From contig OZ024746.1 in assembly GCA_964016885.1 (NCBI GenBank), forward strand, positions 93,620,001 through 93,684,000: 64,000 bases of DNA, given 5' to 3'. Source of the stretch: Eledone cirrhosa. Lineage: Eukaryota. Within the stretch, counting starts at the first letter, position 1, and each line of letters starts with the position of its first letter. Of the stretch, positions 12,808 through 26,498 are shown one piece after another. The notes under the pieces were generated by a model, which did not search any database, had not been told where the DNA came from, and saw nothing but the letters and a program-made list of their open reading frames with translations. The translations under genes and the position numbers were made by a program.

Positions 12808-12810
<3 letters not shown>
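12475..12810. mobile_element. Short fold-back copy related to the adjacent PLE (ORF end + hammerhead on +, 3' tail on -)
   Basis: 12691-12762 is identical to the PLE ORF end/3' UTR start, with the same junction as 11848-11882. TA flanks. Confidence 0.7.
12763..12810 (+). ncRNA. Hammerhead ribozyme, U3-A8 core variant
   Basis: tatgccc-TTGAGAA-gccc(aact)gggc-GAAA-cgtacg-TA-gg. Confidence 0.7.
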
Positions 12811-12888
<78 letters not shown>

Positions 12889-12909
12889 ATATATATATAT
12901 ATATATATA

Positions 12910-13111
12910 GTGGTGGAACACTGGAAGGTAATATCCGTAGTGGTAGAGCACTCAGTCCAAGGGACGAGTTAGGTAGAAGTGGTTACACAACAGTTAGTTC
13001 AACATACTGAGAACAATTGTTTCACCTTAGCGGATCTTCCGAGCTGAAGATCCGCTAAGGTGAAACAATTGTTCTCGGTATGGTGAACTAACTGTTGTGT
13101 AACCACTTCTA
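12910..13111. mobile_element. Fold-back PLE terminus centred on a hammerhead
   Basis: Inverted arms ~12974-13038/13046-13110, TA flanks, gcactcag motif at 12948. Confidence 0.75.
13039..13078 (+). ncRNA. Minimal type-I hammerhead ribozyme
   Basis: ccgag-CTGAAGA-tccgctaaggt-GAAA-caattg-TT-ctcgg. Perfect 5-bp stem I and palindromic loop III. Confidence 0.8.
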
Positions 13112-13240
13112 TATATATATATATATATATAAAACAAAGGAAATGTGGGTTGTGGTCATCTGGTTCCTTACTACATTTCCTTTGTTATATATATATATAT
13201 ATAAATTATGTGTATATATATTATGTGTATATACATATAT

Positions 13241-13298
<58 letters not shown>

Positions 13299-13405
13299 GT
13301 GTATGTGTGTCTGTGTGTGTGTGCGTGCGTGCGTTTGTGTATGAATAGAATATAACATTATAGATATATAATAAACTACATAATGGGCATTTATATTGAG
13401 GAGTT

Positions 13406-13442
<37 letters not shown>

Positions 13443-13681
13443 ATTCACACATATACACTCTGCATATATGTGTCACTCCATTCACACGGAATAGTTGATT
13501 GTGTTATTTTAGTTACACTGGGAGTGGTACTGTTCTTTTTTATATTCTAATGCGGTTTTGGTGTTCTTTTATTCTTTAGTAATAGTTTTTACTATTCATC
13601 AATAGACATTGAAACAAACGTACTTTTTTTATATGTAACGTTGATATTAACCCTCTTATTCTTTTATTTAAGTTTTTTTTC

Positions 13682-13784
<103 letters not shown>

Positions 13785-14229
13785 AAATACCAATGATAGT
13801 TGGAAAATCATTGACGAAGGACTATTTTTATCATATGTAACCCATGTGCAACCACGCAGTATTCTTCTATTTCTATAATGCACAATTGTTGCATATGGAT
13901 CAGCGAAACTGTGCGGTCGCGACTTTGAAGAAACAATAGGTATATTTTTGTCTATTATTTATTTTGTAAGGGCGGTGAATTGGCAGTATCGGTAGTGGGT
14001 CGGACGCCATGTTTTGCAGCATAGTTACGTCCCTTTACGGACTGAGTTCAAATCCCGCCGAGGTTAACTTTGCCTTTCATCCTTACGGGGTCGATAAAAT
14101 AAAGTACCAGTAATACTCTGGGATAATTGGTGGCCTTGTGCCAAAAGTAGAAACAATTATTTATTTTGTAATTTGATATATATATATATATATTATATAT
14201 ATATATATATTATATATATATATATATAT

Positions 14230-14400
14230 CGTTTCTGAATTTGTTTAGCAAGATTCTTTATCTGAAAACGTGTGTTGAAACCGATATTGTTATACTTTGG
14301 GAGGGTCATGTTGCCAATAAGAAACACACGCACCAGTTGCTTTCACTTCGATTTATTATAAATTAAATTTATAAATTTAAGAATTTATAAATTTCCGGTT
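14230..14400 (-). mobile_element. Diverged copy of the PLE 3' tail (8441-8600); another at 61860-62036 (+)
   Basis: Shares tattgttatact..ggagggtcat..ttgcca..gaaacacac with 8482-8550. Confidence 0.65.
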
Positions 14401-14706
14401 GGTTGGTTCCACAACCGGACGGTTGTTCATATATTGTCAAAGTTCTTTCGTCACACATTCTGTGACCTCTTCAGTGACTGGGGATTCTTCTCTTTGTTTT
14501 ATGCCTCTCCTTTGTTCTGTCCTACGTCATCACACAAAAACAAGATGGTGTAGGACAGAACAAAAGTATGTATGTGTGTGTGTGAGAGAGAGAGTGTATC
14601 CCGGGTTCAATCGTGGGTAAGCACAGTTAGTAATGTACTCAATAGATAGCAGATTATAAATGTTTAATATAGAAATGGCTTCTATAGGACTAGTCCTGTA
14701 GAAGTC

Positions 14707-14743
<37 letters not shown>

Positions 14744-14746
14744 CGT

Positions 14747-14890
<144 letters not shown>

Positions 14891-15340
14891 TTTGATTTGT
14901 CCAGGTGCATTTTTCTCAACCTGTTAGTTCTATCGTTACTTTGGTATATTATTGTGTGTTAGATTTGCCTACCACATGTTCGATTTGTCAAGCTATTTAA
15001 ACGTATGTTATTACTCTAAGGGCCTAACTTATCGACTGCTTTGCTAACTCCTCATTTCATATAAGTAGGCCGAATTTACTTGCAAACCGCCAGAGATTCG
15101 ATTTTACTAAATTTCTAATTATATATATATATATATATATAACGAAGGCAATGTGGTAAGGAACCAGGTGGACCATAACGCACCAAAGTACTCAATACTT
15201 AGGGTAGTAGAGTGGGTAATAGGAACGAGTAGGACCCCGACGGGTGAGCTCAAGCCGTTTCGACAGCTAATTCTGGACTAAAATGTCTAGAATTAGCCGT
15301 CGAAACGGCTTGAGCTCAGCCATCGGGGGTCCTACTCGTT

Positions 15341-15547
<207 letters not shown>

Positions 15548-15623
15548 ATATAAGTATAAATATATATACATATACATACATATAAATATATATATACATA
15601 TATATTTATAAATATATATACAA

Positions 15624-15687
<64 letters not shown>

Positions 15688-15839
15688 GTATCATCATCAT
15701 TATTATCTTCATCAGCGTTTAACGTCCATTATGTGTTATAATAGACATAATACCCACATGTGTATTATATGAAACAAACAGATACCCACTGTAGAATAAA
15801 TGAATACATTATCAAACACATTGTACACCATACAGAATA

Positions 15840-17596
15840 TACTACACTAAATATATTACACTAAATATATTACACTAAATATATTACACTAAATATATTA
15901 CACTAAATATATAACACTAAATATATTACACTAAATATATTACACTAAATATATAACACTAAATATATTACACTAAATATATTACACTAAATATACTACA
16001 GTAAATATATTACACTAATATACTACACTAAATATATAACTCTAAATATACTACACTAAATATATAACACTAAATATATTAAAACTAAATATATTGCACT
16101 AAATATATTACACTAAATATATTACACTAAATATATTACACTAAATATACTACACTAAATATATTACACTAAATATATTATACTAAATATATTACACTAA
16201 TATATTACACTAAATATATGACACTAAATATATGACACTAAATATATTATACTAAATATATTACACTAAATATATTACACTAAATATATTGCACTAAATA
16301 TATTACACTAAATATATTACACTAAATATATTACACTAAATATATTACACTAAATATATTACACTAAATATATTACACTAAATATATTACACTAAATATA
16401 TTACACTAAATATATTACACTAAATATATTACACTAAATATATTACGCTAAATATACTACACTAAATATATTACACTAAATATATTATACTAAATATATT
16501 ACACTAATATATTACACTAAATATATTACACTAAATATATGACACTAAATATATTATACTAAATATATTACACTAAATATATTACACTAAATATATTGAC
16601 TAAATATATTACACTAAATATATTACACTAAATATATTACACTAAATATATTACACTAAATATATTACACTAAATATATTACACTAAATATATTACACTA
16701 AATATATTACACTAAATATAGTGCACTAAATATATTGCACTAAATATATTACACTAAATATATTGCACTAAATATATTACACTAAATATATTACACTAAA
16801 TATATTACACTAAATATATTGCACTAAATATATTACACTAAATATATTACACTAAATATATTACACTAAATATATTGCACTAAATATATTACACTAAATA
16901 TATTACACTAAATATACTACACTAAATATATTACACTAAATATATTACACTAAATATATTGCACTAAATATATTACACTAAATATATTACACTAAATATA
17001 CTACACTAAATATATTACACTAAATATATTACACTAAATATATTACACTAAATATATTGCACTAAATATATTACACTAAATATATTACACTAAATATATT
17101 ACACTAAATATATTACACTAAATATACTACACTAAATATATTACACTAAATATATTACACTAAATATATTCCACTAAATATATTGCACTAAATATATTAC
17201 ACTAAATATATTACACTAAATATACTACACTAAATATACTACACTACATATATTACTCAACATATATTACACTAAATATACTACACTAAATATATTACAC
17301 TAAATATATTACACTAAATATATTACACTAAATATATTACACTAAATATTACTCAAAATATATTACACTAAATATACTACACTACATATATTACTCAAAA
17401 TATATTACACTAAATATATTGCACTAAATATATTATACTAAATATATTACACTAAATATATTACACTACATATATTAGTCAAGATATATTACACTAAATA
17501 TATTACACTACATATATTACTCAAAATATATTACACTAAATATATTACACTAAATATATTACTCAAAATATATTACACTAAATATATTACACTAAA
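15840..17596. repeat. 14-bp AT-rich satellite (tacactaaatatat), ~125 units
   Basis: Direct reading, with more degenerate units at both ends. Confidence 0.97.
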
Positions 17597-17935
17597 CTAT
17601 AATCTAATAATAATAATATATACTAAAAAAGCATTAAGACTGATTAGAATTACAAACCACCACTTTGAAAACCCATCAACGAGCTACTAATTACTAATAT
17701 GATTTATAATTTTCCGTTATTATCCAACAATAAAATGGGACAGCCTAATTTAGCCAAAACACATCGCACCAAACATAATTATCCAATTAAATATAATGTA
17801 AAGTTAAAATTTAAACCACAACAGAAAAAATACTTTGTGAGCTCCTTGAAATCTATTCACTTCTTTACAATTAGAAGGGAGAGAGTGACAGATAGACAGA
17901 CAGACAGGAAAGCAAAATATATGATAGTGCACATA

Positions 17936-18048
17936 CTTAAATATGGAATGATACGCGATGGGGCCCCGCCGCCCCACAGCCCCGGCGGACAGGATGGAGA
18001 AGGCGTTTCCCCGAGGGACGGCAAGGGAGACGGGCTGGAAAAACACCT
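17936..18048 (-). mobile_element. CRE-clade non-LTR retrotransposon 3' fragment. Other copies: 26630-26810(+), 58385-58680(-), 62936-63150(-)
   Basis: FQPVSLAVPRGNAFSIL and VETSGVLG...EMEWLFQRVSLAVLRGNAFSIL resemble the C-terminus of the REL endonuclease (QRGNA motif). Confidence 0.7.
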
Positions 18049-18339
18049 TTTATATCAGAGTCCTTTTACTAGTTTACACAGTACGGAAAGCAAGAGTCGC
18101 GAGCAAAACCTTAGTTAACACTACAGCTATACTTTCCAGAAATCCCTGCAAATAAACAGATGATTAATGAATGATTAATGATAACACAAAAACAGTGCGA
18201 AAATAATCATAAACACAACATTGATTTAGAACTCCATCGAACAACCAATTATTAGCTCAACGGAATAACCTCCTCCTCCTTCTTCTTCTTCTTCTTCTTC
18301 TTCTTCGAGAGAGAGAGAGAGAGAGAGGGGGGGGAGGGG

Positions 18340-18686
18340 GTCGCGGGGCAGAGTCATCCAACACTCCTTCCAGCGGGTCCTGTCAGAAGCAACTGTCTCC
18401 AACTGATCCAGCTGGATCCCCAAGCGAGACCAGCCAAGCTCAAGGATGTTATGCAACCATCTTGCTCGGGGTCCACCCTGGGTCTCCTGCTGGTTAGTTT
18501 TATCTGTAAAATCTGTCCACCAACTATTTCCTCAGACATTCTAACCACATGTCCTCCATAGTATCGGAGCTGTGATCTCTCAATTCGGCGAAGTAGCGGC
18601 TCTACCTGGAGTAGCTCTCTGATTTCTAAGCAACGCACCCTATCGAGTAACGTTACTCCAAAGATATTTCGGCTAAACGAAAACAA
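18340..18686 (-). mobile_element. RTE-clade LINE 3' fragment
   Basis: IFGVTLLDRVR..EIRELLQVEPLLRRIERSQLRYYG(G)HVVRM...RRPR...ASDRTRW, a typical RTE C-terminus with a frameshift. Confidence 0.8.
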
Positions 18687-19251
18687 CTCCAGGCTTTATT
18701 TTATCGACGCCGTAAGGATGAAAGGCAAAGCTAACTTTGGCGAGATTTGAATTCAGAAGGGCCATAACTCTATGTCGCGAAGCATCGGTGACAATGATGA
18801 TGATATACATTATTTTATTCTCAAGTTTAAAGGTCCTTTATAATTTTCTCAGTAATACTAGGAGCTCCTAGTGAAAAGGTGTTAGAAGCCACACACATAA
18901 AGGTCCCGTTGTTGGCTCGTATTAACCCTTTTAATACCAACTCACCCAAAACCATTTGGGGTTCTATGGATTTTCTAAGGATTTTTATTTAAATTAAATC
19001 CTCCCAACATAATTTTCTATAAGAACCATATTATCTTAGTAATGAAATAATTAATAAATTTAAGATATCCCTCAAGATTCTTCATTAATTAATTAAAATA
19101 GAGTGCATTTCCTTAGAAATATAGTCTTGAAAAGGTTACTGGATATTTTTTAATTGGTACAAAAGGCACACGTTTTGGGGACAGGATGTGGTGGCGTATA
19201 TCATCTCTTATTGTATTAACTTATTTTGCTACCCACCCACAAATTGGTGGC

Positions 19252-19775
19252 TCACGATGAAGACTTCTTGTGACGCTTAACTCCGCGAGTTGCAGTCTGC
19301 ACATCAACATGTGATATCTCTCTCCAGAAAGTTTGATCACCAGCAGCAGCGTTCAAAGAGCAAAGATCAAGTCCAGTCCACAAGTTGACATTATCAAGCC
19401 ATCGTTTTGGCTGCCGGCCTCTGCTTCTCCTACCAGCCAACCTTCCTTCCAGGCATAACCTACTCACACTACGAGTTGAGCTTTTTATATGACCGTATAG
19501 TTTGTGTACTCTTGACTTGACAATTGATGTAATTGGTCTAAGTTTGGTAATGTTGAGCAGCTCACTGATACAGATACGGTCGCTGAGCCGCTTGCTAGTC
19601 ATAAGTCTCATGATGTGGTCCTAGAATGTAGAGAGCTTCTGAAGTGACCTTGTCGTCCAATTAACACAGTCAAGACCATATAACACAACTGGTAGGATGT
19701 AAGTATCAAAGATCTTAGCTTTCAAATGATAGGCAGTTGTGAATAAATACCGACATTCTAACGATTCTGTCAGTC
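19252..19775 (-). mobile_element. RTE (BovB-like) LINE 3' fragment
   Basis: KLYGHIK...LCLEGRLAGRRSRGRQPKRWLDNVNLWTGL...AAGDQTFWR. Confidence 0.8.
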
Positions 19776-19779
19776 CAAC

Positions 19780-20773
19780 CCCACCAACACCAACACCACC
19801 ACCAACACCACCACCAACACCACCATGTAGTCAGAAATTCTAGTGATTCTGTCAATCCAACACCAGCAGTACCAACACACCATTAACATCACCAATACCA
19901 ACATCACCATTTTGTCTGACACTACCAACACCAACACAACAACGCCACCACCACCACCACCACCGCGACTACCACCACCACCACCACGACCACCACCAGC
20001 ACCAGCACCACTACCACCACCATCACCACTACCACCACCACCACCACTACCACCACCACCACCACCACTACCACCACCACCACCACCACCACCGCGACTA
20101 CCACCACCACCACCACGACCACCACCAGCACCAGCACCACTACCACCACCATCACCACTACCACCACCACCACCACTACCACCACCACCACCACCACTAC
20201 TACCACCACCACCACCACCACCGCGACTACCACCACCACCACGACGACCACCACCAGCACCACCACCATCACCACTACCACCACCACCACCACTACCACC
20301 ACCACCACCACCACCACCACTACCACCACCGCGACTACCACCACCACCACGACCACCACCACCAGCACCAGCACCACTACCACCACCACCATCACCACTA
20401 CCACCACCACCACCACCACTACCACCACCACCACCACCACTACCACCACCACCACCACCACTACCACCACCACCACCACTACCACCACCACCATCACCAC
20501 CACTACCACCACCACCACCACCACCACCACCACCACAACCACCACCACCACTACCACCACCACCACAACCACCATCACCACAACCACCACCATACTACCA
20601 CCACCACCACCACAACCACCACCACCACAACCACCACCACCACAACCACCACCACCACTACCACCATCACCACTACCACCACCACCACTACCACCACCAC
20701 TACCACCACCATCACCACTACCACCACCACCACCACCACTACCACCACCACCACCACAACCACCACCACCATC
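19780..20773. repeat. (CCA)n/(CTA) compound repeat; similar tracts at 37620-38030 and 63900-64000
   Basis: Direct reading. Confidence 0.95.
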
Positions 20774-20867
20774 AGGACTTTAAATGATAAAAATGTTAAT
20801 TTTGAGAAAGTAAAATGTAACAGCAAAGCCAACATTTATGGTAAATCTTTCATACTCTTTACAAAGA

Positions 20868-21078
20868 CTAGCAGAAAAACCACCCCTCGGGTAGTTTTCT
20901 GCTAGCATGTGTAGTGTGTATATTGATATTATACGCAAGTATATATACATGTAGATATGATACATGTGTAGTGTGTATATTGATATTATACGCAAGTATA
21001 TATACATGTAGATATGATACATGTGTAGTGTGTATATTGATATTATACGCAGGTATATATACATGTAGATATGATACA
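20868..21078. repeat. 38-bp hairpin followed by 3 x 57-bp tandem repeat
   Basis: ctagcagaaaa(a)ccaccc-ctc-gggtagttttctgctag, then three copies of catgtgtagtgtgtatattgatattatacgcaagtatatatacatgtagatatgata. Confidence 0.85.
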
Positions 21079-21820
21079 TCAAATAAAATCGTAATTGACA
21101 ATATGCACAGAAATTGACCGAAGACTGCGTTACACTGTCTTATGTAATCAGTGACGTAATCCATTGACGGAAATATATAAATGTTTATTGAAGCCATCGC
21201 TAACCGGAAGTGTTGACATTTGAAAATTTGCGACAAAATTATTTATATTTAATGAAGAATAACGAAATTTAGTAGATAAATTATGTAATATTCATTAATT
21301 GCAGTATCGGTAGAGGGTCGGACGCCATGCTTTGACGTATAGAGTTACGGCCCTTGCCATTCTGAGTTCAAATCCCGCCGAGGTTAACTTTGCCTTTCAT
21401 CCTTACGGGGTCGATAAAATAAAGTACCAGTAATGCACTGGTAATTGCTGGCCTTGTGCCTAAAGTAGAAACAATTATTTATTCAAAGTAATTCAACTTA
21501 TTTTACAAACGGGATAAAAAAAAATATTCTGGACGCTGTCCCGCACCCCTCCCTTTATTATAGTTTAGATATCCCCAGCTGGTGACGAGACGTTAACGAC
21601 GTATCGTATAATGTATTAAGTGAAAAATCGCTCACTAACCAGTTAATCTTCTTTCTTCGCTTACCGACATGCTACAAACTTTGGCAACATCTTGTATTAC
21701 TAAATCAATACTCACATTCACACAAACACACAACCACCCCCCACCCCACACACGCACACACGCGCGCGCGCAGACGCACGCATATATATATTTGATATAT
21801 ATATATATAAATATATATAT

Positions 21821-22160
21821 GTAGATAAATCTACCAAGAGTTTACGGTAGTGTCCAATCCGTATGAAGAACTCAATGTAATCAGGATATCATGGAAAGAA
21901 GAGATGCATTCAAAAATCACTTTCGGTGAAAGATAAACGGAATACAGAGTCAAGATAAAATATTTAAAAAATAATGAATAAAACAATGAAACAGTTCCTT
22001 ATATTAAACAAAAAAAGTTCATTATTTAACGATCGTTTCTAGGACATATATGTGTTAGAATTGGCATGCATATTCAAAAGATCTATGTACAAAATTATAC
22101 AAACTATCAAATAGAATATACATACCATCACATATATATGCTGTCTTCAGAAATAATAAA
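21821..22160 (-). mobile_element. PLE-like 3' terminus in (TA)n; second copy at 35440-35747 truncated inside the ribozyme
   Basis: Two clearly homologous copies share the same end (gtagataaatctacc). Hammerhead at the 5' end, ttgagttc motif. Confidence 0.7.
22019..22159 (-). ncRNA. Type-I hammerhead with ~100-nt extended stem II
   Basis: Minus strand: ttattattt-CTGAAGA-[long hairpin incl. tggtatgtatattc/gaatatgcatgcca]-GAAA-cgatcg-TT-aaataatga. 9-bp stem I. Confidence 0.7.
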
Positions 22161-22550
22161 TATATATATATATAATAATAAATATATATATATATATATA
22201 TGTATATGTATAAACATTATATATATGTGTATATTTATATAACATTATATAACTTTGCCTTTCATCCTTACGGGGTCGATAAAATAAAGTACCAGTAATG
22301 CACTGTGTAATTGCTGGCCTTGTTCCTAACGTAGAAAAAATTATATAAATATAGAGCGGTGGATTGGCAGTATCGGTAGAGGGTCGGACACCATGCTTTC
22401 CAGCGTAGTTACGTCCCTTTACGGTCTGAGTTCAAATCCCGTCGAGGTTAACTTTGCCTTTCATCCTTACTGGGTCGATAAAATAAAGTACCAGTAATGT
22501 ACTGAGTAATTGCTGGCCTTGTGCCTAAAGTAGAAACAATTATATAAATA

Positions 22551-23198
<648 letters not shown>

Positions 23199-23204
23199 AG
23201 AGAG

Positions 23205-25030
23205 ATTTCTTTATTTGCCACAAAGGCGCACAAGAAAAGGGGACAATACAGTCGTGTAAAAATATTGAAACAAACAAATATAACAATCGAAATCCCCAAT
23301 AGGGGGGAGGCGCCACAAATGGGTTGTTTAATACCCCATCGATAGAACAACCCTCAACTTCTGGAGCGTGTTGTGCAAGTGCTCCCTTCTTCCTTTTGCT
23401 CTCTTCTTTAATCTACAGGCTTATAAACAGAGAAGGCCCAATCACTCGGGCCATTTTCGCTTCATTCACCCACCTTTCAGTAAATTTATTGGGGTGCAGT
23501 GCCTCTCTCTCCATCTGATTCGGAAGGGTGTCAATTGTTGTCCGGAGAGAAAGGTATCTGTCCTCAGTCCTCTCAATCTCGTCCACCATATAACCTCTTT
23601 CACCATAGCCACTGTACGCCTCTCTTTCGTTTTTGAAAGAGGCTGGGGGTTTTATCCTTACTATGGACTCGGCAGTCAACTGGATTTGTCCCATACGCGA
23701 CAGCAGTTGTTCTGCATAGTTCCACAGGTCGGTTACGCCCAGGCAGTGTACAATTGCGTGCAAGACGGTTTCAATGTCCTGCTCGCATCTTGGACACGTC
23801 CTCTTGGAAGGATCTCTGCCGGGGCGTCCGTGCCTGTAGATCTTGTCTCGAACGGGTAGAGCTCCTCGGTAGCACTGCCAGGGCAGGTATCTCTGGAAGT
23901 TGTCCATAGGTCCTGGGCGGAAAGTCCTACCGAACAGACTGGTGAGCTCCTCGTCTTGGACGCCTAGAGTCTCCTCGAGCACGTCGTCGCACTTGTAAAG
24001 TACTAACCCTCTATAGAATGTAGAGTCAAGCGGTAGTAGATGACGGACGCTATGAAAGTGTTCGTCACCTCCGCTCGACCTTTCAAGGACAGTTTGCACT
24101 CTGCCCACTTCGGGCCATGACCTCGTTCCAGTTTTTCTCCACCTGGAGGTCTGGACCGAACCAGAGCCCGAGCAATTTCACCGGTCCTTCCGTCCAGCGT
24201 CCGGTTTGCCTCTCCACGTTCCGAGTTGCAAACAAACTTGTCCGGGTTCAGTTTTGCTCCTGTGAACCTTTCGTATTCCTGTAGGAGGTTACCGATTACC
24301 TCCATTTCCGAGGTTTTCGACACCATTACCGTCACGTCGTCGACATAAGCCGACGCCGCTTTTCGCAGTCCCGGTTCTAAAGGGATGCCCTGCAAAAGCT
24401 CCAACTTCCGCAGTAGTGGCTCTAGAGTCAATACGTAGAGAATGGAGGAGAGAGGGCATCCCTGTCGAATGGAACGCGTGATTGCGAAAGGCTCCGATAG
24501 GTAGCCGTTCACCTTGACCTTCGAGCAGATGCTGGTGTGCATCGCCTTGATCCAGCCTCTGAAAACGGGTCCGAAACCGGCCGCCTTGAGCACCGCTTCC
24601 AAGTATCGATGGTCGACCCTATCGAATGCCTTAGACTGATCTAAATGGATCAGAGCCCACCGAAGCCGGGTTTACACCCCACCCTTTCTATGATGTATCG
24701 CATGAGGTGGAGGTTGTCGTGTAATGACCTGGTCGGGATTGTACACGTTTGCGCTTTCCCTACCAGGTTTTCGACGACAAGCGCCAGCCTCGTTGCTAGC
24801 ACCTTGGCCAAAATCTTTAACTCTGTGTTGAGCAGAGTTATGGGCCTGAAATTGTTTATTTCGTCCCCCTTGTTCTCGTCTTTCCTGATCAGCGTTACTA
24901 CGCCCTTGCCTGCAGAACTGGGAATTGTCCCGTTCTGCTGCCAATTGCAATATACGGCTTCGAGGACGCCAGAGAACGAGTCCGGCATGACTATGTAAAA
25001 CTCATAGGGTAGACCATCTAGACCGAGTGA
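23205..25030 (-). mobile_element. Tx1/L1-clade LINE, 5'-truncated, frameshifted, internal deletion near 24022
   Basis: NFRPITLLNTELKILAKVLATRL, DQSKAFDRVDH, IRQGCPLS, AYVDDVTV and CCHC finger CPRC...ETVLHAIVHC. Ends at gcaaataaag and is flanked by (GA)n on both sides. Confidence 0.92.
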
Positions 25031-25040
25031 TAGAGAGAGG

Positions 25041-25122
<82 letters not shown>

Positions 25123-25194
25123 GATTTCACATTAAGGTTTTTATCGATTATATGTAGTATATAATCAATACAGACCTTAACGTGAAACCTCGAT

Positions 25195-25492
25195 TACGAC
25201 GACGAGTTTTCCAGTTGACACGATCAGCAGAACAGCCTGCTCGTGAAATTAACGTGCAAGTGGCTGAGCATTGCACAAACATGCGTACCCATTACGTAGT
25301 TCTCAGGGAGATTCAGAGTGAAACCGAACGTGACAAGGCTGGCCCTTCGAATTACAGGCACAACTCATTTTTGCCAGCTGAGTGGACTGGAGCAACGTAA
25401 AATAAAGTGTCTTGCTCAGGGACACAGCGCACCACCGGGAATCGAACTCACAACCTAACGATCTTAAATCAAATACCATAGCAATAAAGCCA
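25195..25492 (-). mobile_element. tRNA-derived SINE family B (CORE-like). Other copies: 29172-29428(-), 33088-33212, 46718-46930, 52830-53135, 55398-55703(-), 62101-62430, 62483-62820
   Basis: A/B boxes (tggcttagtggttag; gagttcgattcc) followed by gtgtccttgagcaagacactttatttcac.ttgctccag in 8 copies. Confidence 0.85.
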
Positions 25493-26122
25493 TAGTAAAG
25501 AGCTTTCAAAAACATTGTAAATAGTTTTCAACTCCTGGTGGAGTCGTAAGGGCGCCATCCAATCGCACGGCAATCTTGGGCATTTTAAGCCCGAGCAGTG
25601 TCTATCCCTCTACATGTCAAAGCACAGCTGATTTCTTCCACAGAGAGAGAGAACTCTAGTGCTAGACTGGTACTTCATTTTTCTACCTCGAAAGGATGAA
25701 AAGCAAAGTTGACCTCGATGGGATTTGAACTCCGAACAAAGTGAGCGGGAACAAATACTGAGTTATTTTTAATCTGATGCTGCAACGAATCTTCCAATTC
25801 ACCACCTTCAATAATTATAACTTTAAATAAATTGTGAGAATTTGTGATCATTTTATAATTAGGAAAAAACTCAAGCATAAATCAACTTAATTTGAAATGT
25901 CAAATGTAATATTTAGATTAATTATTTCAAATACCTCAAACGCTAACTGTTCATTTAATCAGACTAAAATCTTACAGAAGGCAGTGAATTGGCAGAATTC
26001 TTAGAACCTCCGATAGAATACTCTGCAGTGTTCGTTCCGGCTATCTGCATTTTGAGATCAAATCCCGGTTGCGGTCAACCATGCCTTTCATTCTTTCCTA
26101 CCAGTCCGTATTGGGGTCGTTT

Positions 26123-26157
<35 letters not shown>

Positions 26158-26433
26158 CATTTCTTTTCTTTTTTAAGGAGTAGAGGAGGCGTGAGATGTA
26201 CGGAAGCAACTTCATCCTTTTGTTTCAGCGGTAGTTGAGAGAAATCGATCGATAATTGTTTCGGAGTGTGTTGCTCCTTGTCAAGATTGTGTCTTCTGTT
26301 CGTTAGCTATCGTCTGGGACTGCTGAGAGTACATAGTATCCTCAAATGTATACATCAGCTTATTTGTTTTTTCTCTTAACGTGGTTGATACCTAAATATA
26401 TTCATGAGTGGATAATAATAATATTATAATAAT

Positions 26434-26498
<65 letters not shown>

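Noticed and set aside
13880-13930. GAAA-ctgtgcgg-TC half-hammerhead (similar at 33265-33300)
   Set aside because: No CTGANGA half and no second copy in the window to confirm it.
18075-18146. Minus-strand acceptor tttatttgcag|g giving GFLESIAVVLTKVLLATLAFRTV*; similar isolated candidates near 45275 and 63822-63840
   Set aside because: Single splice-like sites with no linked exon chain or recognisable homology.
19843-20787. Formin FH1-like poly-proline ORF (also 37083-38347)
   Set aside because: (CCA)n microsatellite with no adjacent domain or splice support.
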